A stretch of DNA of 64,000 nucleotides from Octopus vulgaris (GCA_951406725.2 OX597817.1:147312001-147376000); one strand, 5' to 3'. Shown: positions 38,890 through 52,540, numbered from the stretch's first letter. The notes: a model not told the origin generated them from the letters alone. Numbers and translations are program-made.

Positions 38890-41880
38890 AATGATTCTTT
38901 GTTCTTCCATGGAATTGCAGACCAAATGTAATGGCACGACCTAGACTGCAGGTATTACAGATAATCCTGTTGTTGTGAATCTTTTTGTAGACTTATCTCA
39001 TTTTTCTTCCCTTTCCTTCATCCGATTTCGCTCTGCATCAGTTAAACTTCACTGGACTATCCCCGCCTGTTGTTTACGAACAAGTTGCTGTTTTCTCCCA
39101 TGACGTCACAATTAGGCCACCTTCTGCAATGTCGATTGACATCATCCTTACAACACAGATTTACGTTTCCCCTTTGACAAAGTCCACCTTTCAATTACAA
39201 TGCGGAACACAGTTTGGGGAGTTTAGTTTCCTGCCTACGGGAATCACAAGTCCTCCCCAACGCATCTGTGATTCGATCACAATAGACTCAACTAGACATT
39301 ATTTGTGCGCTGCAAGACCTCCTGGTTGAGGACGTGATATCACGAAGAAATATTCATTAACGATCGTGACTGGAGCAACCGAGGGCTCAACAGCTCTTTT
39401 GAGTTTGTAGGACTCAGAAGAATACAAGTAAAGAATAGAAACTCGGGAACCTTTGAAGTTTGATGCCACGTTGTTTCCATAATCAACCAATGATCTTCTT
39501 GGCGACTGCAACCGTCTATATGCAGTGACCTATCAGCTCATTTAGGATGTTATCGTCAGAAATATTAGTGTAATTATTTTCTGTTTTTACCATACTTAGA
39601 AGCTGATACGCAATCGTGATGGTCAGACGTTCGTGTTACAACTCCAGATTTAGGGTACCACTTCAGATTCCTCACTTGTATTGAGAGGCTGAACTATAAC
39701 GCTGTACAGTCAAAATGGTGAGAAATTCTCTGTATATATTCCAGGGAATGAGCCAGTGATACCGAATTGTCGGGGAAAAGAAGTTCACAAAAAAAACCTA
39801 CATCGCAGCAATTTCTAATGTGCCTTATTGTAGATAAGCTCCACAACTCACCATCCATTAGTGAACTCTCGGGTCATATTTTCAAGCACAACATCTAAGA
39901 ATAGTACACATCCTATTTTATTTCATGAGTGACTGGAAATAAGGTCTAACAATCACCCTCGTGGAAGAGTAATATCAATATGCAGTCATGAGGTTGCTTG
40001 ACTTTCCCCACAGATTTGTCCGAGCTGGGTCTATAAGTCTAAACTAAGGAAAGCCTTCTTAAAATCAATGAATACGGTGAAAATGGGATGCCTTGTTCAA
40101 GACTTGTCTTAGATTTTTAGTATGCTAATAGTCGTTGGTGCTCCAGAACACAATAATTATTATAAAATATGTGTATATAATTTAAAATGTCCATTTGCCT
40201 TATCAGTATACATTATGTTCCTGGTCTACAGTCCAATATGTTTTCTTACATATCCAAAGCTGTAGATTTCAAAATCTTCTCTGACGGAAGGGTTCCTGAG
40301 CTATTGTTGGAGATCACATAATCTGCATTGTTGAAATATAACTCTTTCTAATGTCTATCCTCTTTATGCAGTTTCCATCTTCTCGATCCATATTTCATTT
40401 GGAAATTTCATGTTTGTTATATAACAGTATCAGAGCTTTATCGTTCTTGCGAATGGCTACACATTTCCTTTCTAACAGGGAGGACACTGGGTATTTCTTC
40501 TTCACAGCCTATTAATTCTCCTTTATAAGACATGAATCAGTTCTATTCAGAGAATGTCTCCTCCTCACGGTATGTGCGACACCACTTGGATTTTTGATAC
40601 ATTTCTTTTGAGCTACTCCGATGATTCTTTTAAGTTTTTTTTCTTTTCAGCACGTATGTTTATACTTTCTGTTTCTTCCCCATTATCGGAAGTAGATGAA
40701 CATTGTCCTACTATGAGGTGCGAAATACTTTCAGGTCATTCGCTGTTATTGCTGTTGCTAATATTCTTTTCTACTCTAGGCACAAGGCCCAAAATTTTTG
40801 GGGAGGAGGCAGTCGATTTGATCGACCCCAGTGCGCAACTGGTATTTAATTTATCGACCCTTAAAGGATGAAAGGCAAAGTCGACCTCGGCGGCATTTGA
40901 ACTCAAAACGTAAAGGCAGACGAACTACTGCTAAGCATTTCGCCCGGCGTGCTGTTTCCGCCAGCTCGCCGCCTTAAAAGAACACTGCATATTCTTTTCT
41001 ACTCTAGGCACAAGGCCTGTAATTTTGGGGGCTAGAAGGTTAGATGGACCCCAGTACGCAACTGGTACTTAATTTATCGACCCCGAAAGTATGAAAGGCA
41101 AAGTCGACATCGGAGGGATTTGAACTCAGAACGTAACGGCAGACGAAATACCGCTAAGCCTTTCGCCTGGCTTGCTAACGTTTCTTATTTCTTTATTGTC
41201 CACAAGAAGCTAAACGTAGAGAGGGCAAACAAGGACAGACAAAGGGGTTAAGTCGATTACACCGACCCCAGTGCGCAACTGGTACTTAATTTATCGACCC
41301 TGAAAGGATGAAAGGCAAAGTCGACCTCGGCGGAATTTGAACTCAGAACGTTTCTGCCAGCTCGCCGCCTTTGGTGTTGCTTATATTGTTGAGTACGTTT
41401 CTTGTCATTTACAATAACATCTTGTTGCTGTGAAGAATTTTTTAGACTCTTTATTCATGAGGACAGGACAATTTTATTTACCGACTCACGAGTTTTGTCT
41501 GGCGTCCACTTACAGCAGACAACATCTTTTGTTCTTGTTATTCTCATTCTTCCGCTATAGCCCTTGAATATTTTCTTATCACCTGCAGAATACCTGCTTA
41601 CTCTACCTTTTATGCCGAGTCTTCTGCCGATACTCACTGCATGATACTATTCTGGTATTGTTTTGAGACCTGGCGGGATTATGAGGATTTTTGCCTAATG
41701 GTGATCCCAGCCAACTACATTTTATCAAATCATGCGTCTACACTAATTAATTGCTCATGTTGTGTTACGAACGTGACTCTTAACTTTGGACCCACAGTAT
41801 CATCGACATTCATAACGGTAATTCTTCTGTTCCTCATCAAATACAGCGAAACCAGCTTATGAAGTGCCATGGCCGCTACA
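38890..41880 (-). mobile_element. Ancient RTE (BovB-like) LINE fossil interrupted by a SINE-B array
   Basis: Minus-strand residual motifs appear in the expected order: PIFTVFIDFKKAF (~40095-40050), *GCVL (~39915), ELLFPDNSVSLAHSLEYIQRI (~39790-39725), LWKQRGIKLQ and LYSSESY (~39480-39405). The upstream boundary is uncertain. Confidence 0.7.
40766..41372 (-). mobile_element. SINE-B array of three units
   Basis: Three central domains. Flanked by imperfect 13-bp repeat TGTTGCT(A/T)ATATT at 40753-40765 and 41375-41387. Confidence 0.88.
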
Positions 41881-42039
41881 ATTTCATCTTCCATTTATTC
41901 TCTGTAGTTTGACTTTTAAAACATATGGTGTAATAGTCTCTATTTTCCCTCTCTCCCTTCCCTTCTCGGATCTTTTCGCTTTGACAAAGATCAGGAGAGA
42001 TTGTATTCACCTCAATAGACGTCATTGATTGGTTCAAAT

Positions 42040-42210
42040 TGCCGAAATGCAAGAAATTAAACAACAAATAGCTTACAAACTATATAATTTTCTCAAGAAA
42101 GCCAAGAGAAAAATATGTTTTATAAACACATTCTACCAGTATACGAAGTTTAAAAGTGTTTAGTTACAAAGAAATTATTTTAAAAATCTGCCGTCAAAGC
42201 GAAAAGATCC
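42040..42210 (-). mobile_element. Partial copy of the Merlin-type MITE
   Basis: Reverse complement of 61247-61420; ends ...GCGAAAAGATCC. Confidence 0.8.
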
Positions 42211-42761
42211 TCCTCCTCTCCTCACCGCTCTCTCTCTCTCTCTCTTTCTCTCTGTCCCGTAAAGGAGGATATTTCCCTTAAAATACCTGTTAGAACTGTT
42301 TCCAACAGTTTGTTGTGTGGAGCAAGTAAGACTGCAGTGACTTTTGAACTTCCTTCCCACCACGCCACACCGTGATGTGGTCAGCTGATCCCCTATTCTA
42401 TGTATGAAGAGCTCTAGACTTTCGACCTTTTAGCATAGTGTTTCATACATAGTTTCTCTTTGAAAAACACGCTCGGAAACAATAGTCTTCCGTTTTGTTA
42501 TTCACGGCAGACATATTGTTGGTGTTGTTGGTGGTGTTTTACGAACCGTGTTGCCTATTATGCTGTGCATTTCTTTTAGAGAGATAATACTTTCTACCAT
42601 TTGTTAAGTTTATTAATGTAAATTTTACTATTCGTTTTCTTTTTTTTTTCTTTCTTGGTGTTTGATATTTTTTCTTTACTGTAACCCTTGTGACGGGCGG
42701 GCCCAAGGAAAGGAGAAGTCATATTTGTTTTGCCTGAGCGATAGTCGGTAGATTGAAAAAG

Positions 42762-42814
<53 letters not shown>

Positions 42815-43743
42815 GGCCTTGTCGGTTAACCACAGTAGGGGATAGCCCTTCTAAAATGTCCAAATTATAACCCTGTAGAAATGACATCCAAAATCAAAAT
42901 CATTCATTCAGTTACAGGTGTAAAACTTTGCGCAATCTCGAAATATTTTCGTTTGACAACAGGCTAGCAGAGTGTAATGATGATGATGATGATGATGATA
43001 TTTCCTTCTATAGGCACAAGGCTTGAAATATTTTTAGAGGGGAGGACTAGTCCATTATATCAACCTCACTTTTCAGGTACTTATTTTATCAACATCTAAA
43101 GAATAAAACGCGCAAAGTCAAACACGACAGGATTTGAATTCAGCAACAACAATGACGACGCGGAGGAGGAAAAAGAGGAGGAGGAGAGCGACGACGACGA
43201 CGATGATGATAATGATGATGATGACAATAATAATAATAATAATTATAATAACAAAAACAACAACCATAAACCCTGGATACGATGCATGCTATTAATCAAA
43301 GTTTAAATGTTGAATCAGTAACGAGAAGAATCTAACTGAAAAAAGACGATAGAACTGAACACCACAATCCAGTGTAAATGGATCAAAGATACATATGTAA
43401 ACATACATCTTTTTTGAAATAATAAACCAACACTATTGGGCCCCCTCCAAGAAATTCTTTGTGCGGAATCAATCCCGAAAAACATTAGTCTAAACAATTT
43501 AATTTACGTATTAACCATGATAGTATATAGAGAACCATGTTTGAGCTAATTAAAGTAAGTTACTGCAAGTTTTAACCAACGACAAGGGTGGGAAGAAAAT
43601 ATGTAATGGAAAATATAAAATGGCGTGGATGTGGGATAATAAGCTTTCTTCACAACCACATAGCTCGGGGTTCAGTACCACTGCGTGGCACCTTGAGCAA
43701 GTATCTTCTACTACAGCCTCAAGCCGCCTTTTTTGACACTCCC

Positions 43744-43811
<68 letters not shown>

Positions 43812-44026
43812 TATGTTTGATTTTGCTTTACATTTGTACAAGTTGGCTCCAAGTCTCACCCAGAGACCTCAAGAGACAACAAGTTGGAAGTTCATGTTGG
43901 TGTTATGCCTAGGGTTCCATATATTTGGCTTTGTACTTAGTGTTGTACTAGTGAATGTCTAAAAAAAAACCATAAGAAAATTATGTTTGTTTTAAAACTT
44001 GAGATTACATAGAAAGTATTTTGCGT

Positions 44027-44027
<1 letters not shown>
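43812..44027 (-). mobile_element. 3' terminus of an R4/Dong-type LINE in a (TAA)n tract
   Basis: Minus strand: ...RKILSM* then a UTR ending GAGGTCTCTGGGTGAGACTTGGA...AAACATAG-(AAT)n. Both flanks are TAA/TTA repeats. Confidence 0.65.
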
Positions 44028-44119
<92 letters not shown>

Positions 44120-44528
44120 CAGAAAGGGCTTTCATAAATTTGTATCTACCAATTTCACTTACTAGTTATTGGTCAGTCCAGGGCTGTAATAGAATACATT
44201 TGTCCACGGTATCGCGAATCTACGTATTTGCATGACAAACTTCTTAGCCGCACAGTCATGCCTGCATCTAAAACGATAATTAAAGAAAATGAACGGAATT
44301 CTGTGTAAAAGAAATTGAATTGAAAAAATTAGCTGATTCTAGCGAAGACCTGAGAAATTCTTTTGAAAAATATGACTATTTCTTTAGCAGAAACCTGCAT
44401 CTGAAATGCTAAACCAAACTAAAATAAAATCAATTTACAAAAAAGCTATTCGGAAGATATATCATCCACAACGAAAATGACAACCTCAATTTAATTAAAT
44501 AGGGAGAACACGTGAAAGAAAAAATATA

Positions 44529-44743
44529 CAGGTTGGCCCAAAAGTAGGTTTATAGTTACCATAAGACATTTCATTACATTTAAATTTCTATCTTACAGAA
44601 TGTAAAGGGAACTTGACAATATTAACTAAATTTGTATAGAATAATGGTTTTATATTTATTTTTATAATTAAGATGTAAACTGCTAATATATGGATGCGAA
44701 AGACATAGTTGAATAACTGTAAACCTACTTTTGGGCCACCCTG
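44529..44743. mobile_element. Tc1/mariner-type MITE (215 bp), TA TSD
   Basis: TIRs CAGGTTGGCCCAAAAGTAGGTTTATAGTTA / TAACTGTAAACCTACTTTTGGGCCACCCTG, flanked by TA on both sides. Confidence 0.9.
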
Positions 44744-45171
44744 TATATTGAAATAGATATCCAAAATGCAAAGAGAGGAGGAGGAGGAGTGAGGAACACT
44801 CACCATAATATTTGAAGGAAGAACGGGCATAAAAATTTGGGATTTTACAACACAATTAACACAGATAGCAATTGGGAAATTTCCGAAGTTGAGAAAACAA
44901 TTTCTAATTAAAATACTTTAGCCATTATATATAAAACTGTAGAAACGATAATTTTTTCTACTCTAAGCACAAGGCCCAAAATTTTAGGGAAACGGGCCAG
45001 TCAATTAGATCGACCCCAGTACACAACTGGTAGTTAATGTATCGACCCCGAAAAAATGAAAGACAAAGTCTACCCTAAAACCTAATTACCACTCCACTCA
45101 AATCCATACACCAAAGGAACACTTTAGCCAAACAAAGACTATATAAACCCAAGATTAGCCTTTATACACTG

Positions 45172-45214
45172 CAGTCTGACGATGGCTTAACTGGCAGAAA
45201 CTTCGAAGTCACTG
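45172..45214 (+). ncRNA. Type I hammerhead ribozyme motif in a pLTR-like segment (about 45075-45243; family H4)
   Basis: Stem I CAGT/ACTG; core CTGACGA; stem II TGGC/GGCA (1 mismatch); GAA; palindromic stem III ACTTCGAAGT; GUC triplet. TATATAAA lies upstream; AATAAA plus (TA)n lie downstream. Confidence 0.75.
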
Positions 45215-45239
45215 ACAACACCATTCTTGTTTCAGAATA

Positions 45240-45303
<64 letters not shown>

Positions 45304-45326
45304 GTATATATATGTGTATATGTATA

Positions 45327-45379
<53 letters not shown>

Positions 45380-45759
45380 AAAAGAGATATTACTAAATAC
45401 AATTTTTCCTTGTAAGTTTGGAGTCATACTCCCTAATATTATTGTTATTATATATATATATATATACGTTTGTGTATGTGTATGTGTGAGTGTTTATGTG
45501 TGTGTATATCTTGGTGCCGTTATTTGTCAATTAGCCAGTGGCTGTTTGTTTATGTCCCCATAACCCTAGCGGTAGTTCGGCAAAAGTGAAGGAAAGAATA
45601 TGTACCAAACTTAAAAGATACGTAGAGAAGTGGATTTGGTTCGCGTAAGCCATTCAAGTCAGTACCGAATCATGGACGCAGTCCAGTTACTGAAACAAAT
45701 AGATAATAGATAAAACATATATACTCTCTGGCCATCTAAGTTGTATCATACCGGAAGAA

Positions 45760-46199
45760 GAGAAAGATGGCGGAAAGAGATGTGTTGCTGTAAAGAACAA
45801 CTGTTGGTAAATCGATTGAACAGTAACTGAAGACAAGAATATCTGTAACAACGATCTAAACATATGTATTAATTACAGCAATCATCCTTCAATAGCAAGC
45901 CTTACTCATGGATATTGAAAACGGCGTACATAAACAAAACGCGGCAACTACTTAGTCAGTGTATCAACCAGACCGTATCAAAATGGGAAACATCAATAAT
46001 ATGACAAGATGAAAGAAATGATATAAACCAAACCTATGACAATATGGTTCCTGAAAGGCGAATGGGACGAAGAGAATAAGAGATGGACAGATGCATAACA
46101 GGAAAGGTTATAACAGGTTGAAAATTAGAAAGTTGAGGGACAAATTGCAAACAGGATTACTGTTATTCTGACTCCTCTTCTGTCAGAGTTGTTTTAATG
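45760..46199 (+). mobile_element. Possible very degenerate R4/Dong RT fossil
   Basis: Residual CKEQLLVN, INY..SFNSKPYSWILKT, KWET and DSSSV..F resemble CKDQLL / IDYKKAFDSVPHSWIL / QGDSLSPLLF. Confidence 0.45.
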
Positions 46200-46504
46200 T
46201 GTGGAGGCACATGGCCTAGTGGTTAGAAAGGCGGACTCGCGGTCGAGGGACTGCGGGTTCGAAACTCAGACCGGGCGATGTGTGTGTTTATGAGCGAAAC
46301 ACCTAAGCTCCACGCGGCTCCGGCAGAAGCTAAAGGCGAACATCTGCTGACTCTTTCGCCACAACTTTCTCTCACTCTTTCCTCCTGCAGCTTTCAGCTC
46401 AACTGCGACGGACCGGCGTTCCGTCCAGGTGGGGAACCTATACGCCAAGAAAACCGGGAAACCGGCCCTTATGAGCCAGGCATGGTTCGATAAGGAACAA
46501 ACAG
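46200..46504 (+). mobile_element. SINE-C variant with a different 3' module, 14-bp TSD
   Basis: TSD GAGTTGTTTTAATG at 46186-46199 and 46505-46518. A box TGGCCTAGTGG, B box GGTTCGAAACT. Confidence 0.92.
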
Positions 46505-47057
46505 GAGTTGTTTTAATGAACTTTTATGAAAAAAAAAAGCATGAATAATTTTATTGGGTTAGCCTAGGAGAAGAAGTTGTATCGATAGACTTTATTGGTG
46601 CTCTGAGACTGGTGAAGTCGTTAGCGTTATAACTTGAAGAGTTGTCAAGTTGAGGACAGACGGGATATACACAGGGATATTTTTAAATGATAACGGTATC
46701 TGAATGAAGAGACAATCGTGTTGGTTGATGCGGCAACTATGGGTGGTGGTTGTGCGAAGAATATGGGTGACGAGAGAAAAAATGGGGGAGAAATGAGTAA
46801 GTTGTGATTGTAGAGATGGCATAAGACGAAAGAGTTCCTGGGAAAAGAAAAAGGAAGCAATTTGAATAGCAGCGAAAATTAAAATAAGAGCGACATCTAG
46901 AACAGGGGTTGGAGAGTGCCACCATCGCAAACACTTGGGTGTCCGTTGTTTTGGATGCAGTCTAGCATGTCTATGTGTATGAATTCTTATAACTGCTCGA
47001 AGAAAACTATTCTCCATATAGAACATTTCACTGAAAGAACGAAAGCCAAATGGAAAT

Positions 47058-47219
47058 TTGGCTGTGTTACTGTGTGGAAAGAAATTTGCTTCACAATCAC
47101 ATGATTCCGGGTTCAGTCCCACTGCGTGGTACCTTGGGCATGTGTGTCTTCTACTATTGCCTTGCACCGACAAGAGCCATGTAGTGGATTTGGTAGACGG
47201 AAACTGAAATAAACCCGTC

Positions 47220-47283
<64 letters not shown>

Positions 47284-47980
47284 GTGCGAGTGTGTGTGTT
47301 AGTGTTTGTCCCACATCACTTTTTCACAACCGATTTTGGTTTGTTTACGTCACCGTAACATAGCAGTTCGCCAAAAGAAACCGATAGAATAAGTACTAGG
47401 CTTAAAGAATAAGACCTGGAGTCGATTTGCTCAACTAAAAACAATTTTCAATGTGGCACTCCAGCATGGCCGCAGTCAGCTGACTGAAACAAGTAAAGGA
47501 ATAAAATAATATAGAAACGCAGTCGTGGCTGTGTGCTAAGAAGCTTGCTCCACGATCACATAGCCTCGGGTTCGGTCCCACTGCATGGCACCTTGGGTAG
47601 GTTTCTTCTACTACAGCCTCAGGCCGGCCAAGGCCTCGTGAGTGTATTTGGTATTCCGAAACTGAAAGAAGCCCGTCGTGTATATATATATATACACACA
47701 CGCATATATATATATATATATATGTATATATTTATATATATATATATATATATATGTTTGTATGTATGTATATTTATGTATGTGTTTGTTCCCCCGCCAT
47801 CGCTTGACAACCGTTGTTGGTGTATTTACGTCCCTGTCACTTGGCAGTAAAGGACACTGATAGTATAAGTTCTAGGCTTTCAAAGAATAAGTCCTGGAGT
47901 CTATTTCTTCGCTTAAAAAAAATCCTTGAAGGCGGTGCTCCAGCATGGCCGCTTTCAAATGACTGAAGCAAGAAAAACAA
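47058..47980 (+). mobile_element. Two head-to-tail SINE-A copies (47058-47505, 47515-47980)
   Basis: Each copy has head, microsatellite and CR1-like tail. Confidence 0.9.
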
Positions 47981-47988
47981 TATATATA

Positions 47989-48029
<41 letters not shown>

Positions 48030-48032
<3 letters not shown>

Positions 48033-48161
48033 GGGAGAATTCACAAAAAAAAAACAAAAGACGAAGACAGGTGGTGTAGAAAACAAACAGATGTATTAGT
48101 ATATCGCTCAGGAATTGAAAAAGTCTTTTACGTTTCGAGCCTACGCTCTTCTACAGAAAGG

Positions 48162-48165
<4 letters not shown>
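48030..48165 (-). mobile_element. Family H1 pLTR-like repeat with hammerhead motif at 48125-48160
   Basis: Minus strand CTTT-CTGTAGA-AGAGC-GTAG-GCTC-GAA-ACGT-A-AAAG; abuts (TA)n. Confidence 0.68.
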
Positions 48166-48239
<74 letters not shown>

Positions 48240-48826
48240 CATATATATATTATATGTTTGCATACAGGCTGATTCGAATTCTCAAAGTATGGATAGATCC
48301 ACTTTGTCCTTATATACCGGTATCCCCTATTTTAAACGTCAAAGCGAACCTACTTAACTTTGTACTACCGCCCTTTAACCTTCCTACATACCAATTAGCT
48401 CACACAACCCGCATTATAAATAAAAAAAATCACTGAACTTTATACTTATTCTACAGAATGTGCTAGCTTACTATTTTCCTATATTTCACTATTTTCCTAT
48501 AATTTAATTTATCTCGAGAGCTAGACTACCAACTCGTTTTACAAGCGATAAATTTCCCCTTTCGATCTTATTGTGTTTCTATGCACTCCAAACCTGTTTT
48601 GGTACATAGTGCATTTACACTCAATATCGTATAGAATCTAGATATAAACTTTACTCTTATATTCCGGCTTCCATTGAAAATATACGAACTAACTTACAAT
48701 CTATAAATTAGTGCCACATACGTCTATAGAACTACACCGGATATCCCCAATAACGATAACTCCTTTGGATTACACCGGCGGTCAACTAGCCGAACCTACA
48801 GACACGTGTAAGCTATGTTAATAACT

Positions 48827-49213
48827 GGTGGAGGCGCAATGGCCCAGTGGTTAGGGCAGCGGACTCGCGGTCATAGGATCGCGGTTTCGATTCCCAGACC
48901 GGGCGTTGTGAGTGTTTGTTGAGCGAAAACACCTAAAGCTCCACGGGGCTCCGGCAGGGGATGGTGGTGATCCCTGCTGTACTCTTTCACCACAACTTTC
49001 TCTCACTCTTACTTCCTGTTTCTGTTGTACCTGTATTTCAAAGGGCCGGTCTTGTCACTCTCTGTGTCACGCTGAATATCCCCGAGAACTACGTTAAGGG
49101 TATACGTGTCTGTGGAGTGCTCAGCCACTTACACGTTAATTTCACGAGCAGGCTGTTCCGTTGATTCGGATCAACCGGAACCCTCATCGTCGTAACCGAC
49201 GGAGTGCTTCCTG
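48827..49213 (+). mobile_element. Full-length SINE-C with 13-bp TSD
   Basis: TSD TATGTTAATAACT at 48814-48826 and 49214-49226. A box TGGCCCAGTGG, B box GTTTCGATTCC. Confidence 0.93.
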
Positions 49214-49754
49214 TATGTTAATAACTAATTACGAGACCTTAGATTGAACAAACTCACTCCTCATTTATCATACAACGGATTCATTAAACTTTGAACCTAA
49301 CTAAAACATAAGACCATCAAATTATTTAACATTTTCTTCTTCCTGTTTTGCCTTACACTGTCTTTCTCTCCATTCCCGTTTGTTTATCTTTGTTTTCTTC
49401 GTTCTAATGATGTATATCAATTGCAACGAGGTAAATACATATTTACCCCAAGCCTGATATACAGAAACGGATGTAAACTTACTCTGTCATACTCCCATCT
49501 TACTTAATTAAATAATGGCTTCATAGCACCAAAGATTCACTTCTCATTGTTATTTACTTCCCCAATTTCTTGTCGTCTATATATACATGAAACTACGGTT
49601 TACCTTTAAATTACCCACTACTGTATACCTTATAACAAGGACCATACATACTGAGGTAATTACCAGGAGTGCCTCTGGATAAATCTATCCCTTAGATGGT
49701 TTTCATACATCTAAATTATTATCTTATATCTATATATATATATATATATAATTT

Positions 49755-49941
49755 TATATTTTTACTTGTTTCAGTCATTTACTGCGGCCACGCTGGACCA
49801 CCGCCTTTAGTCGAACAAATTGCCCCCAAAACTTATTTTTTGTAAGCCTAGTGCTTATTCTATCTGTCTCTTTTGTCGAACCGCTACACTACGAAGAAGT
49901 AAACACAGCAACATTGTCTGTCAAGCGATCGTGGAGGTGAA

Positions 49942-49995
<54 letters not shown>

Positions 49996-50546
49996 ATATA
50001 ACTTAGATAAAAACATAGATATGTTTCAACCAAATATTGGTCCAGGCAATGCCTAAATTAATAGCACCACCTGATAGGATTACCTAAATCCTTTTTAAGT
50101 CAAGTTTTGTGGTATCATGGTCTATTCTAGTAGGGAGTTCTTGTGGAGTGAGTTGTATCCAGCTATATGTGGCTCATCTGGTATTCTCTGGAGAAATTTG
50201 TCCAGATTCCGTTTAAAGGTGATGGGCTTCTTTTCCTCTTTGATCTGTTTTGGGACAATGTTAAATAGTGCAGAGCCTGATGAGGAGAAGGAATTGTGTT
50301 GCAGTGTATTTATGCGTTGTGATCCTGAACTGGGTAGGGGAGGTAAGGCCCGTGGTGCTGAACTTGGATGAATTTTAAAGCTAATGTTGAGGTCGATTGG
50401 GCAATGCTAGCAGTATATTCTCCACGTCGTGCAAATTTTATACTACTCGCGGCGGCGCTGGAGAGAGTAGAGTTTGAAGGCTTTAAGGCGGTCCCAGTAA
50501 TCGAGATCAGTCATGCGCTTAATTCATTTAGTGAATGACCTCTGGA

Positions 50547-50583
<37 letters not shown>

Positions 50584-50626
50584 ACACACACATATATATA
50601 TATATATATGAGTGTGTGTGTGTGTG

Positions 50627-50679
<53 letters not shown>

Positions 50680-50815
50680 GACGGGCTTCTGTGTGCCAAA
50701 TCCACTCAGAAGGCTTTGATGGGCCCGTGGCTTATATTAGAAGACACTTGCCGAAGGTGCCACGGAAGCATGTGGTTGGTAAACAAGTTTCTTACAACAC
50801 TGCCACGCCTGTGGC
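49755..50815 (-). mobile_element. SINE-A split (3' half 49755-49985, 5' half 50675-50815) around a CR1-2 fragment
   Basis: Both halves are on the same strand and in the correct order, separated at the microsatellite. Confidence 0.75.
50000..50510 (-). mobile_element. CR1-2 LINE 3' fragment
   Basis: Minus strand DLDYWDRLKAFKLYSLQRRRE...KIHPSSAPRAL...GSALFNIVPKQIKEEKKPITFKRNLDKFLQRIPDEPHIAGYNSLHKNSLLE. Same tail as 19720-20130. Confidence 0.88.
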
Positions 50816-51229
50816 TATATATACAATCACACACACAGAAATACGTATATAGTGTAATCTTATATTTGAACGACCCTGCTTAACCTATGCCCAAACAACA
50901 ACAACAATAACAAGAACTGGAATTGTAAGTATAGCTACTGAGTTAACAAAAGCAAAAAATAAAATTAAAAAAAAAAAACCAGGAAGAACTGCACCAGGGG
51001 CAATAACAACGACAACCACGGAAATAACAACATGCTATAGAATTACATGTTTAAGAGACTTAGAATTAAGCACAATATCAGCAGTTAGCGACAGAGATAA
51101 TTGCAACGGCAGTAGTAACAATGGCGTTAGCATCATTATCGCTAGCATCCTCAGTACTGTGGCAACAACGCCCATCAACGCGCTGGAGACGATGATCGTT
51201 AAAGGCTCTGTTGAAACTACGTCTTGTTC

Positions 51230-52391
51230 CACTACCGCCGTCACGCCCCTCACTCCCTCGCCACCACCACTATAACTACTACCGTCACTATCGCTACCGT
51301 AACCAAAACCACCACTGTCACGACCACAAACACCACCAGAAGCGCCACCACCACCGCAGCCACGGCCACAATCCCCACCACTATACCACCACCACCGCTA
51401 CAACTACCACCATCACTATCACTACCACCAGAAGTGCCACTACCACCGCAACCACGGTTACAATCCCCACCACCACCACCACTACAACTACCACCATCAC
51501 TAATCACCACCACCAGAAGCGTCATCACTACCGAAACCAAGGCCACAATCTCCACCACCACCGCAACCACGGGTAGAATCACCATCACCACCACCATCAC
51601 CACCACTACCACCACTACCACCATCACTATCACCACCACCGCAAACACGGCCACAATCCCCCCCCACCACCACTACAACTACCACCATCACTATCACAAT
51701 CACAGCTAAAACCACCACCTCCACCATTACAACTACCACCATCATTATCACCACCTCAGCCAAAACCACCACCACTACCACAAAAAACCAGCGGAAACGC
51801 CACCACCACCGCAACCACGGCCACAATCCACCACCACCACCGACACTACTGCAAAAGCTACCACCACCACCACCACCACCACCACCACCACCACCACCAC
51901 CACCACCACCACCACCACCACCGCTATTACAACCGCCATAATCACTATCCCTCTCACCAGTATCTTCGCCATCGCCAACGATACCGCCATTGATGTTCCA
52001 GTCATCATCACCACAACAACAATCACAACTGTCATCGCCACCGTCCAACATCAGCACACACGTTACGAATTAACGAGGGAGACTTTACGTGCCCTATGGG
52101 CCTGCTAGAAATCACAGTGAAAGATGCCTTGGAAAATGGCACGTTGAATAGTATGTTCTTGTGTTCCTTAAACTGTGAAATATAATGGGATGGTCATGAA
52201 TGGCCGGTCTTTGATCATAAGGCTTTTGGTTCAGAGATAACGACGCTCAACGCATCACAATTACTAAAACCAACAGCAGCCCCCCTGAAAGCCCCTTCGC
52301 CACCCCCGCTATCAAAATACAACAAAAACTAACACCAAGCGACACCCTTTCACCGTCACCAGTATAATAACCAAAAGCATCACAGTAGTAC

Positions 52392-52438
<47 letters not shown>

Positions 52439-52540
52439 CCACTAGTTCCACCCTCACCAACACCAACACCACTAACAACAATGACATCACCACTACCACC
52501 GCCACCACCACCGCCACCACCACCGCCACCACCTCCGGTT
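51230..52540. repeat. (ACC/ACT/ATC)-rich degenerate trinucleotide field with a higher-order unit, plus (CAG)n
   Basis: Motif CACCAGAAGCGCCACCACCACCGCAACCACGGCCACAATC recurs about 5 times. Confidence 0.9.

Noticed and set aside
48827-48905. tRNA gene candidates (also 46200, 14470-14547, 10550)
   Set aside because: A and B boxes are present, but they run into SINE bodies (TSD-bounded at 46200 and 48827) and lack a proper acceptor stem. They are SINE heads.
51211-52057. Mucin-like Thr/Pro/His-rich ORFs
   Set aside because: The repeat unit switches reading frame between copies and no splice signals are evident, so coding constraint is unlikely.
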